Virus record (IMG/VR): IMGVR_UViG_3300026255_000001 | Location: 17,853-81,852 of that record | Length of the DNA: 64,000 nt | Reading direction: 5' to 3' (one strand) | Source: a virus | Taxonomy: Duplodnaviria; Caudoviricetes | Program-made: the position numbers and the translations under genes | Notes under the pieces: model-generated | The model's input: only the letters and a program-made list of their open reading frames with translations | Databases searched by the model: none | What the model was told of the DNA's origin: nothing | In this document: positions 54,217-63,625 of the stretch, one piece after another | How positions within the stretch are numbered: the first letter of the stretch is position 1 | Layout of the letters: each line of letters begins with the position of its first letter

Positions 54217-56283
54217 ATGCCTAAACCCATTGTATTTATCGCCGCCCTGCTTCTGGCGCTCCCCGCTTTCGCGCAGACGCGGATGCCGGCGCGCCAGGTC
54301 GAAGCCGACACCAACATGGTGAACATCGCGATCTCCCTGCCGTTCACGGTGCAGGCCGCCCTGGACTGGATCGACGCCAACTGGCCGGCGCTCAGCTCCG
54401 AGAGCTGGTCCAATCTCGACCCCGCCGAGGACACTGTCCAATCCGTCTTTGACTGGGTCGACGCCAACTGGCAGGCCGAGCTGGATGACAGCGGCTGGCT
54501 TTTTCTCGACCCTGAGTCCCCCACGACGCAGTCCGTGTTCGACTGGATAGACCTGAACTGGCGCGGCTCCGGGGAGTTCCTGGCTTCATACTCCACAGCG
54601 GCCTCGACGGCTTTCGACCTCGAGAATCTCCATGCCTATCTGCTGGGCGGCACGTACTACACCAATTATTTCATGACCGTGGTGACCAACGACAGCGGTA
54701 CCAACTACGTGTTCCGGCGAGACGAGAACTCCGGGGTCGAGATGTCGACGGACGGCGGCGGGGAGAACCCGGCCCTGGTGCCGGCGCTGCAATATAATCA
54801 GGGCATTTACGCGGACAATTTCGATAAGATCAACACGAACACGTACCTGACGACCAATCTGTTTCTGTCCCTGGCCTTGGACCTGCTCGATTTGTCTTCG
54901 TACGCGGACCCTCCGGAAGACGACGATTTGGCGCAGATGAGCCGGCACGAAGCCTATACGAATTTTGTGCACCTGGCTTCTTTGTTCGAACAGATGGGCA
55001 CGAACATCACGGAGCTTCCGGAGGGGCTAGACTTCTCGTTCCCCAGTTTGTTTGACAGCATAGACGACTCCCTGGAACAGCTCTCGGACCTGGTAGCTTC
55101 TCCGGATTTCCCGGATACGTTTTTTAAAGTGCCCTCTACCGGCGGAGTGTTCCAGATAGACTGGACAAATGGGTTGGCGCAACTTGTCATCGTGACGAAC
55201 GACAACATGGAGCTGTCGTTCGAGGAAGCGCCACTCGGCCTTTCGGCCCGGTTTGAAATCTGGCTTAAGAATTCTGGCTATACCAACGTGCAATACACCG
55301 GGTACCTGGATCCGTGTACCAACGCCGTAGATCCTGGCGGGAAGACGCTGGTGACGTTGAACAGGTACTACGCAAACCCGTTTTCAACGGATTGGATGGA
55401 GGAGCGGGTTTTCCCGACAGAATATGTGGCCCCGGAGGCGCCGAACACCTCGACCGTGGCGACGGTTTCCTTTACGAGCGTGTCCAACGTGACGATAACG
55501 ACGAACACCTACACGAATTCCGGCGTCATCTATGAGGCGTACACCATCGCGCCGTCGGCTGCCGTGGGAACGACGGGCTCCGCGATCATGACTACGGATG
55601 CGGATAACACGTTCGACTATTTAGTGGTCGGAGGCGGTGGCGGGGGCGGCCGCTCTTGCGGTGGCGGCGGTGGCGGCGGGGTTGTGAGACATGGGACGAT
55701 GACGCTTCTTGCCGGCACGCACGCCATAACGGTTGGTGCCGGCGGGGCCCGCGCTGTAGGCGCACATATAATGGTGGCGGGCGGCACGTCTTCATTCAAG
55801 GGAACGATTGTGGCGGAAGGAGGGGCAGCTGGCGGGAGCGCTTGGACGTGGGGGGACCCAGGCGGCGCCGGCGGCGCTTCTGGGTCTGCGGCCGGCGGTG
55901 TCGCTGCCTTCTATGGCGGCGGAGGCGGAGCGGCTGCTGGCACCAGCCCCGGCGGGAACGGATACACCGGGGACCCGTCGTCCGCGAAAGATGACCGCGG
56001 CGGAAACGGAGCCAACGGATATTTTTCCGATATTAGTGGTTCTGGGAACACCTATGGGTCTGGAGGCGGCGGCGGCTGCTGGAGGAACAGTTCGTCCCAG
56101 GCCGGAAATCCGGGGGCAGGCGCAGGTCATGGCGGTTACAATGGGCATACTGGTTACGACGCAACCTACTACGGGTGCGGTGGAGGCGGTGGTGGGCCGG
56201 CACCGGATGGTGTTGACTCCCCCGGCGGGAGTGGCTATTCCGGCGTCGTGATCCTGCGCCAGGCCGTCGGGGTTGTGGAGTAA
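54217..56283 (+). CDS. Tail fibre/adhesin 1 with a signal peptide and C-terminal polyglycine domain, 688 aa
   Basis: GGAGG RBS; MPKPIVFIAALLLALPAFA-Q; three TVQ..(L/F)DW(I/V)D.NW repeats; DYLVVGGGGGGG...GSGYSGVVILR Gly-rich domain (start corrected from 53620). Confidence 0.75.
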   Translation: MPKPIVFIAALLLALPAFAQTRMPARQVEADTNMVNIAISLPFTVQAALDWIDANWPALSSESWSNLDPAEDTVQSVFDWVDANWQAELDDSGWLFLDPESPTTQSVFDWIDLNWRGSGEFLASYSTAASTAFDLENLHAYLLGGTYYTNYFMTVVTNDSGTNYVFRRDENSGVEMSTDGGGENPALVPALQYNQGIYADNFDKINTNTYLTTNLFLSLALDLLDLSSYADPPEDDDLAQMSRHEAYTNFVHLASLFEQMGTNITELPEGLDFSFPSLFDSIDDSLEQLSDLVASPDFPDTFFKVPSTGGVFQIDWTNGLAQLVIVTNDNMELSFEEAPLGLSARFEIWLKNSGYTNVQYTGYLDPCTNAVDPGGKTLVTLNRYYANPFSTDWMEERVFPTEYVAPEAPNTSTVATVSFTSVSNVTITTNTYTNSGVIYEAYTIAPSAAVGTTGSAIMTTDADNTFDYLVVGGGGGGGRSCGGGGGGGVVRHGTMTLLAGTHAITVGAGGARAVGAHIMVAGGTSSFKGTIVAEGGAAGGSAWTWGDPGGAGGASGSAAGGVAAFYGGGGGAAAGTSPGGNGYTGDPSSAKDDRGGNGANGYFSDISGSGNTYGSGGGGGCWRNSSSQAGNPGAGAGHGGYNGHTGYDATYYGCGGGGGGPAPDGVDSPGGSGYSGVVILRQAVGVVE

Positions 56284-56294
56284 GGGAGACAAAG

Positions 56295-57467
56295 ATGAAA
56301 AGAGCGTTGTTTGCTGTAGTATCGTTTTTGGCGGCGTCCGTCTTTGCCGGGCCTGTCGAGCTTGGAGTTCAGGCGTACATGGCGCAGAACGGGCTGGACC
56401 CCGCCGGGCTGAACCGGCGCGGAGGCCCTGCCCAGGTTCTCATTCGTGACGGGGAGCCTGAGCTGCGCTGGCTTCGGCACAAGCTCCGGAACGTGCCGGC
56501 CCCCAGTCTCGACGCCCTCCCTGGCCCGGAGGAAGCGCAGGCGATCCTGGACGCCTGGGAGGCGTCGCTGGACGCCGGCGCCCAGGCCGCCAAGTCCCCA
56601 AGGCTCAAAGTGCTGGAGAACGAATACTTTGCTCTGCTCGATGCGCTACCCGGTGACCCAGTCCCCCAGACTCCAAGCCTCGAAGAGGCCAAGGCCCTGG
56701 TGGACGAGCGGCTCGGAGTGGCGCTGGCTGCGAAGTACCGTGAGCTGCTCTCGGGGCTGGATCTCGAGTTGTCTCGGTATTCGACAACTTGGTGGGACGA
56801 CGCGGCGAGACACGACGAGACCGACGTGCCCGCGGAGTTCCTGGAAGCGTTGGCAATGACGGACGGAGAGGCCCGGCAGGCCCAGGCGTTGTCCAGCTCC
56901 ATAGCGCTCGTGGTGGACGACACCGGAGAGGTGGTGGGGACTGCTCGCGTGCTGGTCAGCACCGACGGGGTGCCCGTCGTGGTGTCCGACTCGGCCAGTC
57001 CGGTCGTTCCGATCGAAGACCAGATCGCCGCGTTCCTTCAGCGGCTGCCGGTGGAGCGCGCCCGCACTCGTGCGTTGCAGCGTTCCTTGGCGGCGTCTAT
57101 TCCCACGAACGCGGTGCTTGAGGACATTGAAGATTTGGCTGCAGCGTTCCCCCGGTGGGAGGACAACGTTGGGCGGCAGGTCCATCCCGGCGAGTTCTAC
57201 ACCTACGACGGCACGGATGTCTATCGGGTCGTCCAAGGGCACGTGACGCAGGCCGATTGGTCGCCCCCGCTTGCCCCCGCGCTGTTCCTGCATCTCCCGC
57301 CCGCCGGCCCGAGCGGGTGCCCTCCGTTCGTGCAGCCTACCGGCGCGCACGACGCCTACGCAATCGGGGACTGTGTGGAGTTCGAAGGCGCGAACTACGT
57401 GAGTTTGATCGACGCCAACACTTACAGCCCGTCGGCGTACCCCGCCGGATGGGAATTGCAGGAGTAA
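56295..57467 (+). CDS. Fibre-associated protein with a signal peptide and two C-terminal CBM5/12-like modules, 390 aa
   Basis: YRVVQGHVTQADWSPPLAPALF; QPTGAHDAYAIGD.V...G..Y.S.IDAN. Confidence 0.75.
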   Translation: MKRALFAVVSFLAASVFAGPVELGVQAYMAQNGLDPAGLNRRGGPAQVLIRDGEPELRWLRHKLRNVPAPSLDALPGPEEAQAILDAWEASLDAGAQAAKSPRLKVLENEYFALLDALPGDPVPQTPSLEEAKALVDERLGVALAAKYRELLSGLDLELSRYSTTWWDDAARHDETDVPAEFLEALAMTDGEARQAQALSSSIALVVDDTGEVVGTARVLVSTDGVPVVVSDSASPVVPIEDQIAAFLQRLPVERARTRALQRSLAASIPTNAVLEDIEDLAAAFPRWEDNVGRQVHPGEFYTYDGTDVYRVVQGHVTQADWSPPLAPALFLHLPPAGPSGCPPFVQPTGAHDAYAIGDCVEFEGANYVSLIDANTYSPSAYPAGWELQE

Positions 57468-57472
57468 CCGAA

Positions 57473-57763
57473 ATGAAACGCCTTGTCGCCCTCGTCCTCT
57501 GCCTCCTGCCCTCCCTGGCGCTCGCCATCCCGCCCTATCCGACGGTCTGGTACCGCGAGCAGACCGTGCGTAACACGGCCGACATTCGCGCCCTGGAGGA
57601 GTCCACGGTCGCCCGCGAGAGCGCTGCCGAGGCGTCCGAGGGGCTGGCCGGCACCCTGCGCTACCGGGTTGCCGGGGACGCGTCCTACCTTGAAGCCGTG
57701 ATGCAGACCGGCGCCGAGACCTGGGAGTGGGTTGTTTTGAAAACAAACAGCTGGGCCGAATAG
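57473..57763 (+). CDS. Small exported fibre-type protein, 96 aa
   Basis: MKRLVALVLCLLPSLALA-I signal; GTLRYR...MQTGAETWEWV. Confidence 0.7.
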   Translation: MKRLVALVLCLLPSLALAIPPYPTVWYREQTVRNTADIRALEESTVARESAAEASEGLAGTLRYRVAGDASYLEAVMQTGAETWEWVVLKTNSWAE

Positions 57764-57786
57764 GCACTTGAGAAGGAGCCCCTGAA

Positions 57787-58173
57787 ATGAAGAAGATCCT
57801 GGTTACCCTGGCGATCCTGTCGATCCTGTCGATCGCCGCCGCGTCCTACGCCCAGATGGCCGGGGCCCGCAGCCCGACCGCCGTCCGCGACCCCGAAGCC
57901 TCGAAGGCCGTGGTCGCCCTGGAGGCACGGGCGACGGCGCTCGAGGCCAAGGACGCCGCCCTGCAGGCTGAAGTCGACGCGATCGAGCTCGTGGCGAACG
58001 CCGCGATCCCCGCCGCCTCCTTCGCCCAGGTGGACACCAACGAGGTCGCCGACGCCACGCTGTTTACGCCCGATTTCGTCGGGCAGCTGCTGCTCGGCTC
58101 CGAGTCCAATCTGGTATGGGTCGCCGGCGGCGTAACCACCAACGACTGGCTTCTGTTGACTGTGACTGAATGA
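57787..58173 (+). CDS. Small exported coiled-coil fibre-type protein, 128 aa
   Basis: Signal ...AAASYA-Q; heptads VVALEARATALEAKDAALQAEV; TPDFVGQLL...VW.AGG.TTNDW. Confidence 0.7.
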   Translation: MKKILVTLAILSILSIAAASYAQMAGARSPTAVRDPEASKAVVALEARATALEAKDAALQAEVDAIELVANAAIPAASFAQVDTNEVADATLFTPDFVGQLLLGSESNLVWVAGGVTTNDWLLLTVTE

Positions 58174-58197
58174 GGGCCGGCTCCCGGGGAGAACACG

Positions 58198-61100
58198 ATG
58201 AGAAATCAACTGTGCGCGGCGTTCGCCGCATTTACCGTTTTGACGGCGGGCGCCGCCGCCCAGTTGACTCCGCTCGTCGACTACTACCAGCGGTTCGACC
58301 GCGGCATCACGATCGGTACGAACGTGACGACCCTGGTGCCGGGGACGATTCGCTGGAACGCTCTGCTGTCCCAGCTTCAGTATTACCATACCGGCGGGTA
58401 CTGGACCTCGATCGGCAGCGGCAGCGGCGGCGGCGGGGGCGGGCTCGTGGTGCGCAACGTCGGGGAGGACGGGACCAACAGCTGGACGCCGACCGGGATC
58501 GACTTCGACCGGGACACCGGCCTCAACGTGGAACTGGCGCCCGGCGGCGCGGTCAAGGTGTCTTTGGGGTCGCATTGGTACTATCTGGTGGACGGGGCCG
58601 GGGTATCCAACAAACCCAGCGGGCAGCAGGACCTGCGGATCGTGTCGACCGCGGGCGTCTCGCAGGTGCTGTGGGATACCAACACTAGCCCCTGGACGCT
58701 ATATTTCCCGCAGTCCACGGGTCCCCAGGGCGACCCGGGCGTCTCGTTCGGTGTTTACAGGGGGGCTTGGTCCAACGGGGCGTCCTATGAAGCGGGGGAC
58801 TGGACGCTCCACGGCGGGTCGGGGTACGGGGCCTTGACCAACTTCACGGCCGACAACTCGACCCCGACCAACGCCACGGGGTACGGCACGGACTTCATCC
58901 GGCTATGGTACTCCGGTACCGACGGCTCCCCGGGCGTGCCCGGCGTGGGTCTCCGGGTTCGCGGCAACTGGGAGCTCGGTGCCGTCTACGACGCCAACGA
59001 CCTGGTCCGCGACGAGAACAAGCTGTGGTACACCCCCGTCGGCAGCAGCGGAAGGCCGAGCGACAACACCAACCAATGGACGGTGCTGCTGCGGGACGGC
59101 GCGGACGGCATGGAAGGCGTGGTGTTCTCGAATGCGGTCTGGGCCGGACGGTTCAACGCCGACGCCCTGTACCCGTCGAACACGATCGTCTACGCCAACT
59201 CGTACCCATACGGTGGTTATTACGTGCACACGGAGTACGACGGCGCAGCGTACGTCGGCGACCCCGGCGACACGCGGCTCGCGGACACGGGTTACTTTAC
59301 GAAGTTGTGGCACTATGCCCGGGACGGCGAACGGGGCAGCCCCGGCGCCCCCGGCGCCCACGGCGCCGACGGAGCGGGGAACCTGTGGTTCGACCGCGAA
59401 GGGTACCAGAATCTCAAGACCTACACCAACGGCACCGTGGTTATTCACAACGGAGGCACTTATATCTACACGAAGATCGAGGCTGGGACGGCGCCAGCTC
59501 CCGGCGCTCCTGGCTGGGAGACCTATTGGCAGCAGGCCGCCGCGCCGGGGGTGTCCGGTGGCGACTGGGCGTTTTCTCTCGGCTACAGCAACACCGGATA
59601 CACCTACGACAGCGGCGACGTCCTGGTTACGGACGATACCGGCATCGAGGGCTGGTTCTATCTGTGCAAGAGCGATGGAACGACGACGCATCCGACGAAC
59701 TCGGCTCCCGGCACCTGGGAGCTCCTGACCAAGCCTGGGTTCCGCACCTTCCCGATATTGGATCCCGCGCCGGAATACCTCAGCACGACGGCCTACGCCG
59801 TCAGCAACCTCGTTCGGTATAAGGATGAGTCGGACGGCAACTCGTGGGGGACCTACGTCTGCATTGCGGACACCATGGGCAACGCGCCTCTGAATACCAA
59901 TTATTGGGCCCCCATTGCCGTCGGGAAGCGCGGGCCCCAGGGTCCCGCCGGGGCCGTGAAGACCTACTACGTCCACACGAACTCGGTGTATTATTACGAG
60001 ACCAACATCGTGGAGAACAATGTCTTCACCAACAACTATTTTTACAGTGTTGAGCCGTTGGAGCTCGTGGAAACCAATTACTGGGATTTGTTCTTCGCTC
60101 CGGGCGGCGCCCTGACTTTGTACGTTGACGCCACGCCGGCAGGCACCACGAACATCCTCGAGATGGTGGCCGGCACGAACGATACGAACCTCGTGTTGCG
60201 CCCCGACGGTGCCAAGGGGGTGAAGTGGGGCGAAGAGACGGCTGAATCCGATCCCATCTACTCCGCATGGGCCACCAACGGTCCCGGCGCGACGAACGCC
60301 ATCTTGGCGGATGGCAGCCTAGTCAGCATCGACGGGTGGGGGAGCGGCGGGGGTGGCGGCAACCTCACCGCCACCAACACGCCCACGAGCGGGCAGATGC
60401 TCTACGCTTCCGGGACAGACAACGACACGCTGTATTGGGGCAACGCACCCGAGGGCGGCGGCACCGGCACCGGCTGGACGAACCTAGCCTTTTCCGGCAC
60501 CGGCAACGCCATCACGGGCGCGACGGCGGCGGCGGACACTCTTACGCTGCAGCGCGGGGAAATTGAGGGCGGCACCGGCGGCGAGGCGGCGTGCATGGTT
60601 ATTACGCAGATGCCCTATCTGGCGCAGGCGCTTGTGACCGGGACGGTGGTGGCCGTGTACGACAACGCCAACGTCGGGTTCACCGAAACCCTGCTTTTCG
60701 GAAATGCAAATTCAAACTCATTTGTTTTCGAGGAACTGAATGCCGGAACCGTCACGGGTCTGACGACGCTTGCGAATTCCACGACGCAGGGCATTTTGAG
60801 CGCGACGACCGCCGGAACAAAAATCACAAATGGATGCGTTCTGCGGATTGGCGGGGCCAGTTACGGAATTCAAGCCCTTACGGGAGGGACCAACGTCACG
60901 TTTCTTCCGGCGCTGAATAGCAACACGAGTTATGCCGTCGATAGCGTTCGAGGCATATCCCATACGTCCGTTGCGCTGCACCAAGGAGCGGCTGGAACTA
61001 CGAATGGGCCTTTTGTCGCTCTCCCGTCCGGGAATAAAGCCTGGTACGGAATCTCGGTCGCCCCCGACGGCACGACGATCTACGCGACGATGCAAAACGG

Positions 61101-62361
61101 CTCGATCTGGAAGTCGACGGACTCAGGAGCAACGTGGGTCGATCTCGTGGCCGGGAATAAAACCTGGCGTGGCATCTCGGTCGCCCCCGACGGCACGACG
61201 ATCTACGCGGCGGTGCAATACGGCTCGATCTGGAAGTCGACGGACTCAGGAGCAACGTGGGTCGATCTCGCGACCGGGAATAAAGGCTGGACTGGCATCT
61301 CGGTCGCCCCCGACGGCACGACGATCTACGCGACGGTTTATAAGGGCTCGATCTGGAAGTCGACTGACGCCGGAGCGACGTGGGTCGATCTCGCGGCCGG
61401 GACTAAATACTGGTACGGAATCTCGGTCGCCCCCGACGGCACGACGATCTACGCGACGATGCAAAACGGCTCGATCTGGAAGTCGACGGACTCAGGAGCA
61501 ACGTGGGTCGATCTCGTGGCCGGGAATAAAGCCTGGATTGGCATCTCGGTCGCCCCCGACGGCACGACGATCTACGCGACGGTTAATAACGGCTCGATCT
61601 GGAAGTCGGTCGACGCCGGGGCAACGTGGGTCGATCTCGTGGCCGGGGATAAATACTGGCGCGAAATCTCGGTCGCCCCCGACGGCACGACGATCTACGC
61701 GGCGGTGTATGGCGGCTCATACGGCTCGATCTGGCGCTCCGAATGGTCGGCATACGCGCCTGTCCTGGGCGTAGGCCATACCGTAGCCACGATTCCGATG
61801 GCCACGACGACGAATTGGCGGTATTTCAACGATCTCTACTTTCGGGACAACTCCGACTTCGCCGGAACGTTTTATTCCATCTCATGGCAAACGAATTGCT
61901 GGAGCATCTGGAGCACGGATTCCAGCTCGTGGCGCGTGGTCGCGTCCAACGACTCCGGCGCATGGAAATGGAATTCCAACGGGACTTTCGTGGCGCAAGC
62001 GGGGTTGACGAACAACGAGCTTGGAACCTTGTCCTACGCGGTCCAGACGTCGGTATCCAACCGCATGAGCCGCGCCGACATCGACGGGCTGAACGACGGC
62101 ACCTACAAGTCCGCCGGAGGATTTCTGGCCGGGTATTCCCCGAGAACTGCCGTGACGTTTCTGAATCAAACCACCAACCTTCCGCCTCGCGTGTATGAAC
62201 GCCGGGTTCTGGTGGACGACTTGCGGTATGAGCAGAAGATGGCAAGCACGAACGACTACAACCTGTATCTGCCGACGACGAACTCTCCGATCACCGTCGT
62301 TACGAAGAAGGTGGCGCGGACCTGCGACGTCGTGATCAAGTACCTGAAGGATCAACCATGA
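58198..62361 (+). CDS. Tail fibre/adhesin 2 with a signal peptide, CBM-like and collagen-like repeats and a 6-blade Asp-box propeller, 1387 aa
   Basis: RG.W...(Y)..GD.V repeats, GPQGDPG/GSPGAPG triplets, six 41-aa SxDxGxTW repeats. Confidence 0.8.
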   Translation: MRNQLCAAFAAFTVLTAGAAAQLTPLVDYYQRFDRGITIGTNVTTLVPGTIRWNALLSQLQYYHTGGYWTSIGSGSGGGGGGLVVRNVGEDGTNSWTPTGIDFDRDTGLNVELAPGGAVKVSLGSHWYYLVDGAGVSNKPSGQQDLRIVSTAGVSQVLWDTNTSPWTLYFPQSTGPQGDPGVSFGVYRGAWSNGASYEAGDWTLHGGSGYGALTNFTADNSTPTNATGYGTDFIRLWYSGTDGSPGVPGVGLRVRGNWELGAVYDANDLVRDENKLWYTPVGSSGRPSDNTNQWTVLLRDGADGMEGVVFSNAVWAGRFNADALYPSNTIVYANSYPYGGYYVHTEYDGAAYVGDPGDTRLADTGYFTKLWHYARDGERGSPGAPGAHGADGAGNLWFDREGYQNLKTYTNGTVVIHNGGTYIYTKIEAGTAPAPGAPGWETYWQQAAAPGVSGGDWAFSLGYSNTGYTYDSGDVLVTDDTGIEGWFYLCKSDGTTTHPTNSAPGTWELLTKPGFRTFPILDPAPEYLSTTAYAVSNLVRYKDESDGNSWGTYVCIADTMGNAPLNTNYWAPIAVGKRGPQGPAGAVKTYYVHTNSVYYYETNIVENNVFTNNYFYSVEPLELVETNYWDLFFAPGGALTLYVDATPAGTTNILEMVAGTNDTNLVLRPDGAKGVKWGEETAESDPIYSAWATNGPGATNAILADGSLVSIDGWGSGGGGGNLTATNTPTSGQMLYASGTDNDTLYWGNAPEGGGTGTGWTNLAFSGTGNAITGATAAADTLTLQRGEIEGGTGGEAACMVITQMPYLAQALVTGTVVAVYDNANVGFTETLLFGNANSNSFVFEELNAGTVTGLTTLANSTTQGILSATTAGTKITNGCVLRIGGASYGIQALTGGTNVTFLPALNSNTSYAVDSVRGISHTSVALHQGAAGTTNGPFVALPSGNKAWYGISVAPDGTTIYATMQNGSIWKSTDSGATWVDLVAGNKTWRGISVAPDGTTIYAAVQYGSIWKSTDSGATWVDLATGNKGWTGISVAPDGTTIYATVYKGSIWKSTDAGATWVDLAAGTKYWYGISVAPDGTTIYATMQNGSIWKSTDSGATWVDLVAGNKAWIGISVAPDGTTIYATVNNGSIWKSVDAGATWVDLVAGDKYWREISVAPDGTTIYAAVYGGSYGSIWRSEWSAYAPVLGVGHTVATIPMATTTNWRYFNDLYFRDNSDFAGTFYSISWQTNCWSIWSTDSSSWRVVASNDSGAWKWNSNGTFVAQAGLTNNELGTLSYAVQTSVSNRMSRADIDGLNDGTYKSAGGFLAGYSPRTAVTFLNQTTNLPPRVYERRVLVDDLRYEQKMASTNDYNLYLPTTNSPITVVTKKVARTCDVVIKYLKDQP
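61030..61740 (+). repeat. Six 123-bp tandem repeats (beta-propeller blades)
   Basis: Units start at 61030, 61153, 61276, 61399, 61522, 61645; 61041-61161 is identical to 61410-61530. Confidence 0.95.
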
Positions 62362-63176
62362 AAACAGCGACCGGAATTTTGATTGTTTCGCTTTTGGCTA
62401 TCGAGTCGTTTGCCGTAGATTTCCTGCTGGTCCGCGACGGACGCAACGTATGGGTGCGGGACTCCGATCCGTTTGCCTACGAAAGCCGGGTTGCGCGGCT
62501 GAACGGAGCCGAGTCAATCGCGGATGAAACCGGAACCTATTGTCTATACGAAGGCGTAAAGTATTACGATATTGATGCCGAGGCCGAGGCACTTCGGGGC
62601 CCGGCGCCCGAGGTCTTCGTGCCCATGCTCAATAGCGACGGGGAGCTGGTGGGGACTGCGCGGCTCGTGGTGATCGCGGGGAGCTTGTCCGTTCTGGCGA
62701 GCACCAACTCTGCGTCGCCGCAGAAGCCTTGGGCCGAGCAGCTGGACCAGATTCTTGCCCAGCTCGGAAGCATAGCCGAGTCGAAGGCGACCGCTGCCGC
62801 CGCGAGGCTTGCGATCAAGCAGACGGTGCTGGCCGGTGACTTGGCGGAGGAAGACCTCGGGCTGATTGTTGATCTGTGGCCCGCGTGGGCCGCCGGGGTC
62901 TCGTACGCGCTAGACGAGCTCGTGAAACACGACGGCTCTTTGTACAAGGTCGTGCAGGCCCATGCGAGCCAGTCGGATTGGGCACCGCCGGACGTGCCGG
63001 CGCTCTTTGCCAAGATCACCCCGCCCGGCCTGATTGCCGAGTGGGTACAACCAACGGGTGCACAAGACACCTACTCCCTCGGAGACCTTGTAACGCACGT
63101 CGGGCAGGTATGGGAGAGCACAGTAGACAATAACTCATGGGAACCCGGCGTGTACGGCTGGGTGGAGGTGGAATAA
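62358..63176 (+). CDS. Fibre-associated protein with a signal peptide and CBM5/12-like modules (paralog of 56295-57467), 272 aa
   Basis: ATGA coupling; GELVGTARLV...SASP; YKVVQAHASQSDWAPPDVPALF; QPTGAQDTY. Confidence 0.75.
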   Translation: MKTATGILIVSLLAIESFAVDFLLVRDGRNVWVRDSDPFAYESRVARLNGAESIADETGTYCLYEGVKYYDIDAEAEALRGPAPEVFVPMLNSDGELVGTARLVVIAGSLSVLASTNSASPQKPWAEQLDQILAQLGSIAESKATAAAARLAIKQTVLAGDLAEEDLGLIVDLWPAWAAGVSYALDELVKHDGSLYKVVQAHASQSDWAPPDVPALFAKITPPGLIAEWVQPTGAQDTYSLGDLVTHVGQVWESTVDNNSWEPGVYGWVEVE

Positions 63177-63625
63177 TGAAATACGCTCAAATCTTCGCCA
63201 TCGGAACGATCCTCGCCATGCTCTCCCTGCTGGTGGGCGGGGGGTGCTCAACCACCGGAAACGGGCGTCTCGATATTGACGCGGGGGCTGCCATCGAAGC
63301 CGCCGCCGCTGGCGCGTCGGGGGACTATGCCACTGCGTTTGCAAAGATTCAGAAGCTGCTCGACAAGCGCAAGGCTATTGGACAGGACATTTCCGTCACA
63401 ATGAAAGCACTCGGCTACACAGAGCAGCTGACGCTGTACTTTGACGGCATGGCCATCGAGGATCACCAGCGGTTCGGGTACAAGCAGGAATGGTTCAAAG
63501 CAGGCGGCGGCGTAGATGCCGTCATGCTGGCCACCGGAACAAAGACGAACACCGCCGCCTCCGCCGCAGAGTTTGACGATCTCATCTCGCAATTCGTGGA
63601 CGTGCTATCGGAGGTGGAGAAGTGA
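63176..63625 (+). CDS. Lipoprotein, 149 aa
   Basis: TAATG overlap; MKYAQIFAIGTILAMLSLLVGGG-C lipobox-like cleavage. Confidence 0.65.
   Translation: MKYAQIFAIGTILAMLSLLVGGGCSTTGNGRLDIDAGAAIEAAAAGASGDYATAFAKIQKLLDKRKAIGQDISVTMKALGYTEQLTLYFDGMAIEDHQRFGYKQEWFKAGGGVDAVMLATGTKTNTAASAAEFDDLISQFVDVLSEVEK

Noticed and set aside
61030-61740. DGR variable/template repeats
   Set aside because: No reverse transcriptase in the window, the repeats are in-frame tandem blades, and the differences are not confined to template adenines.
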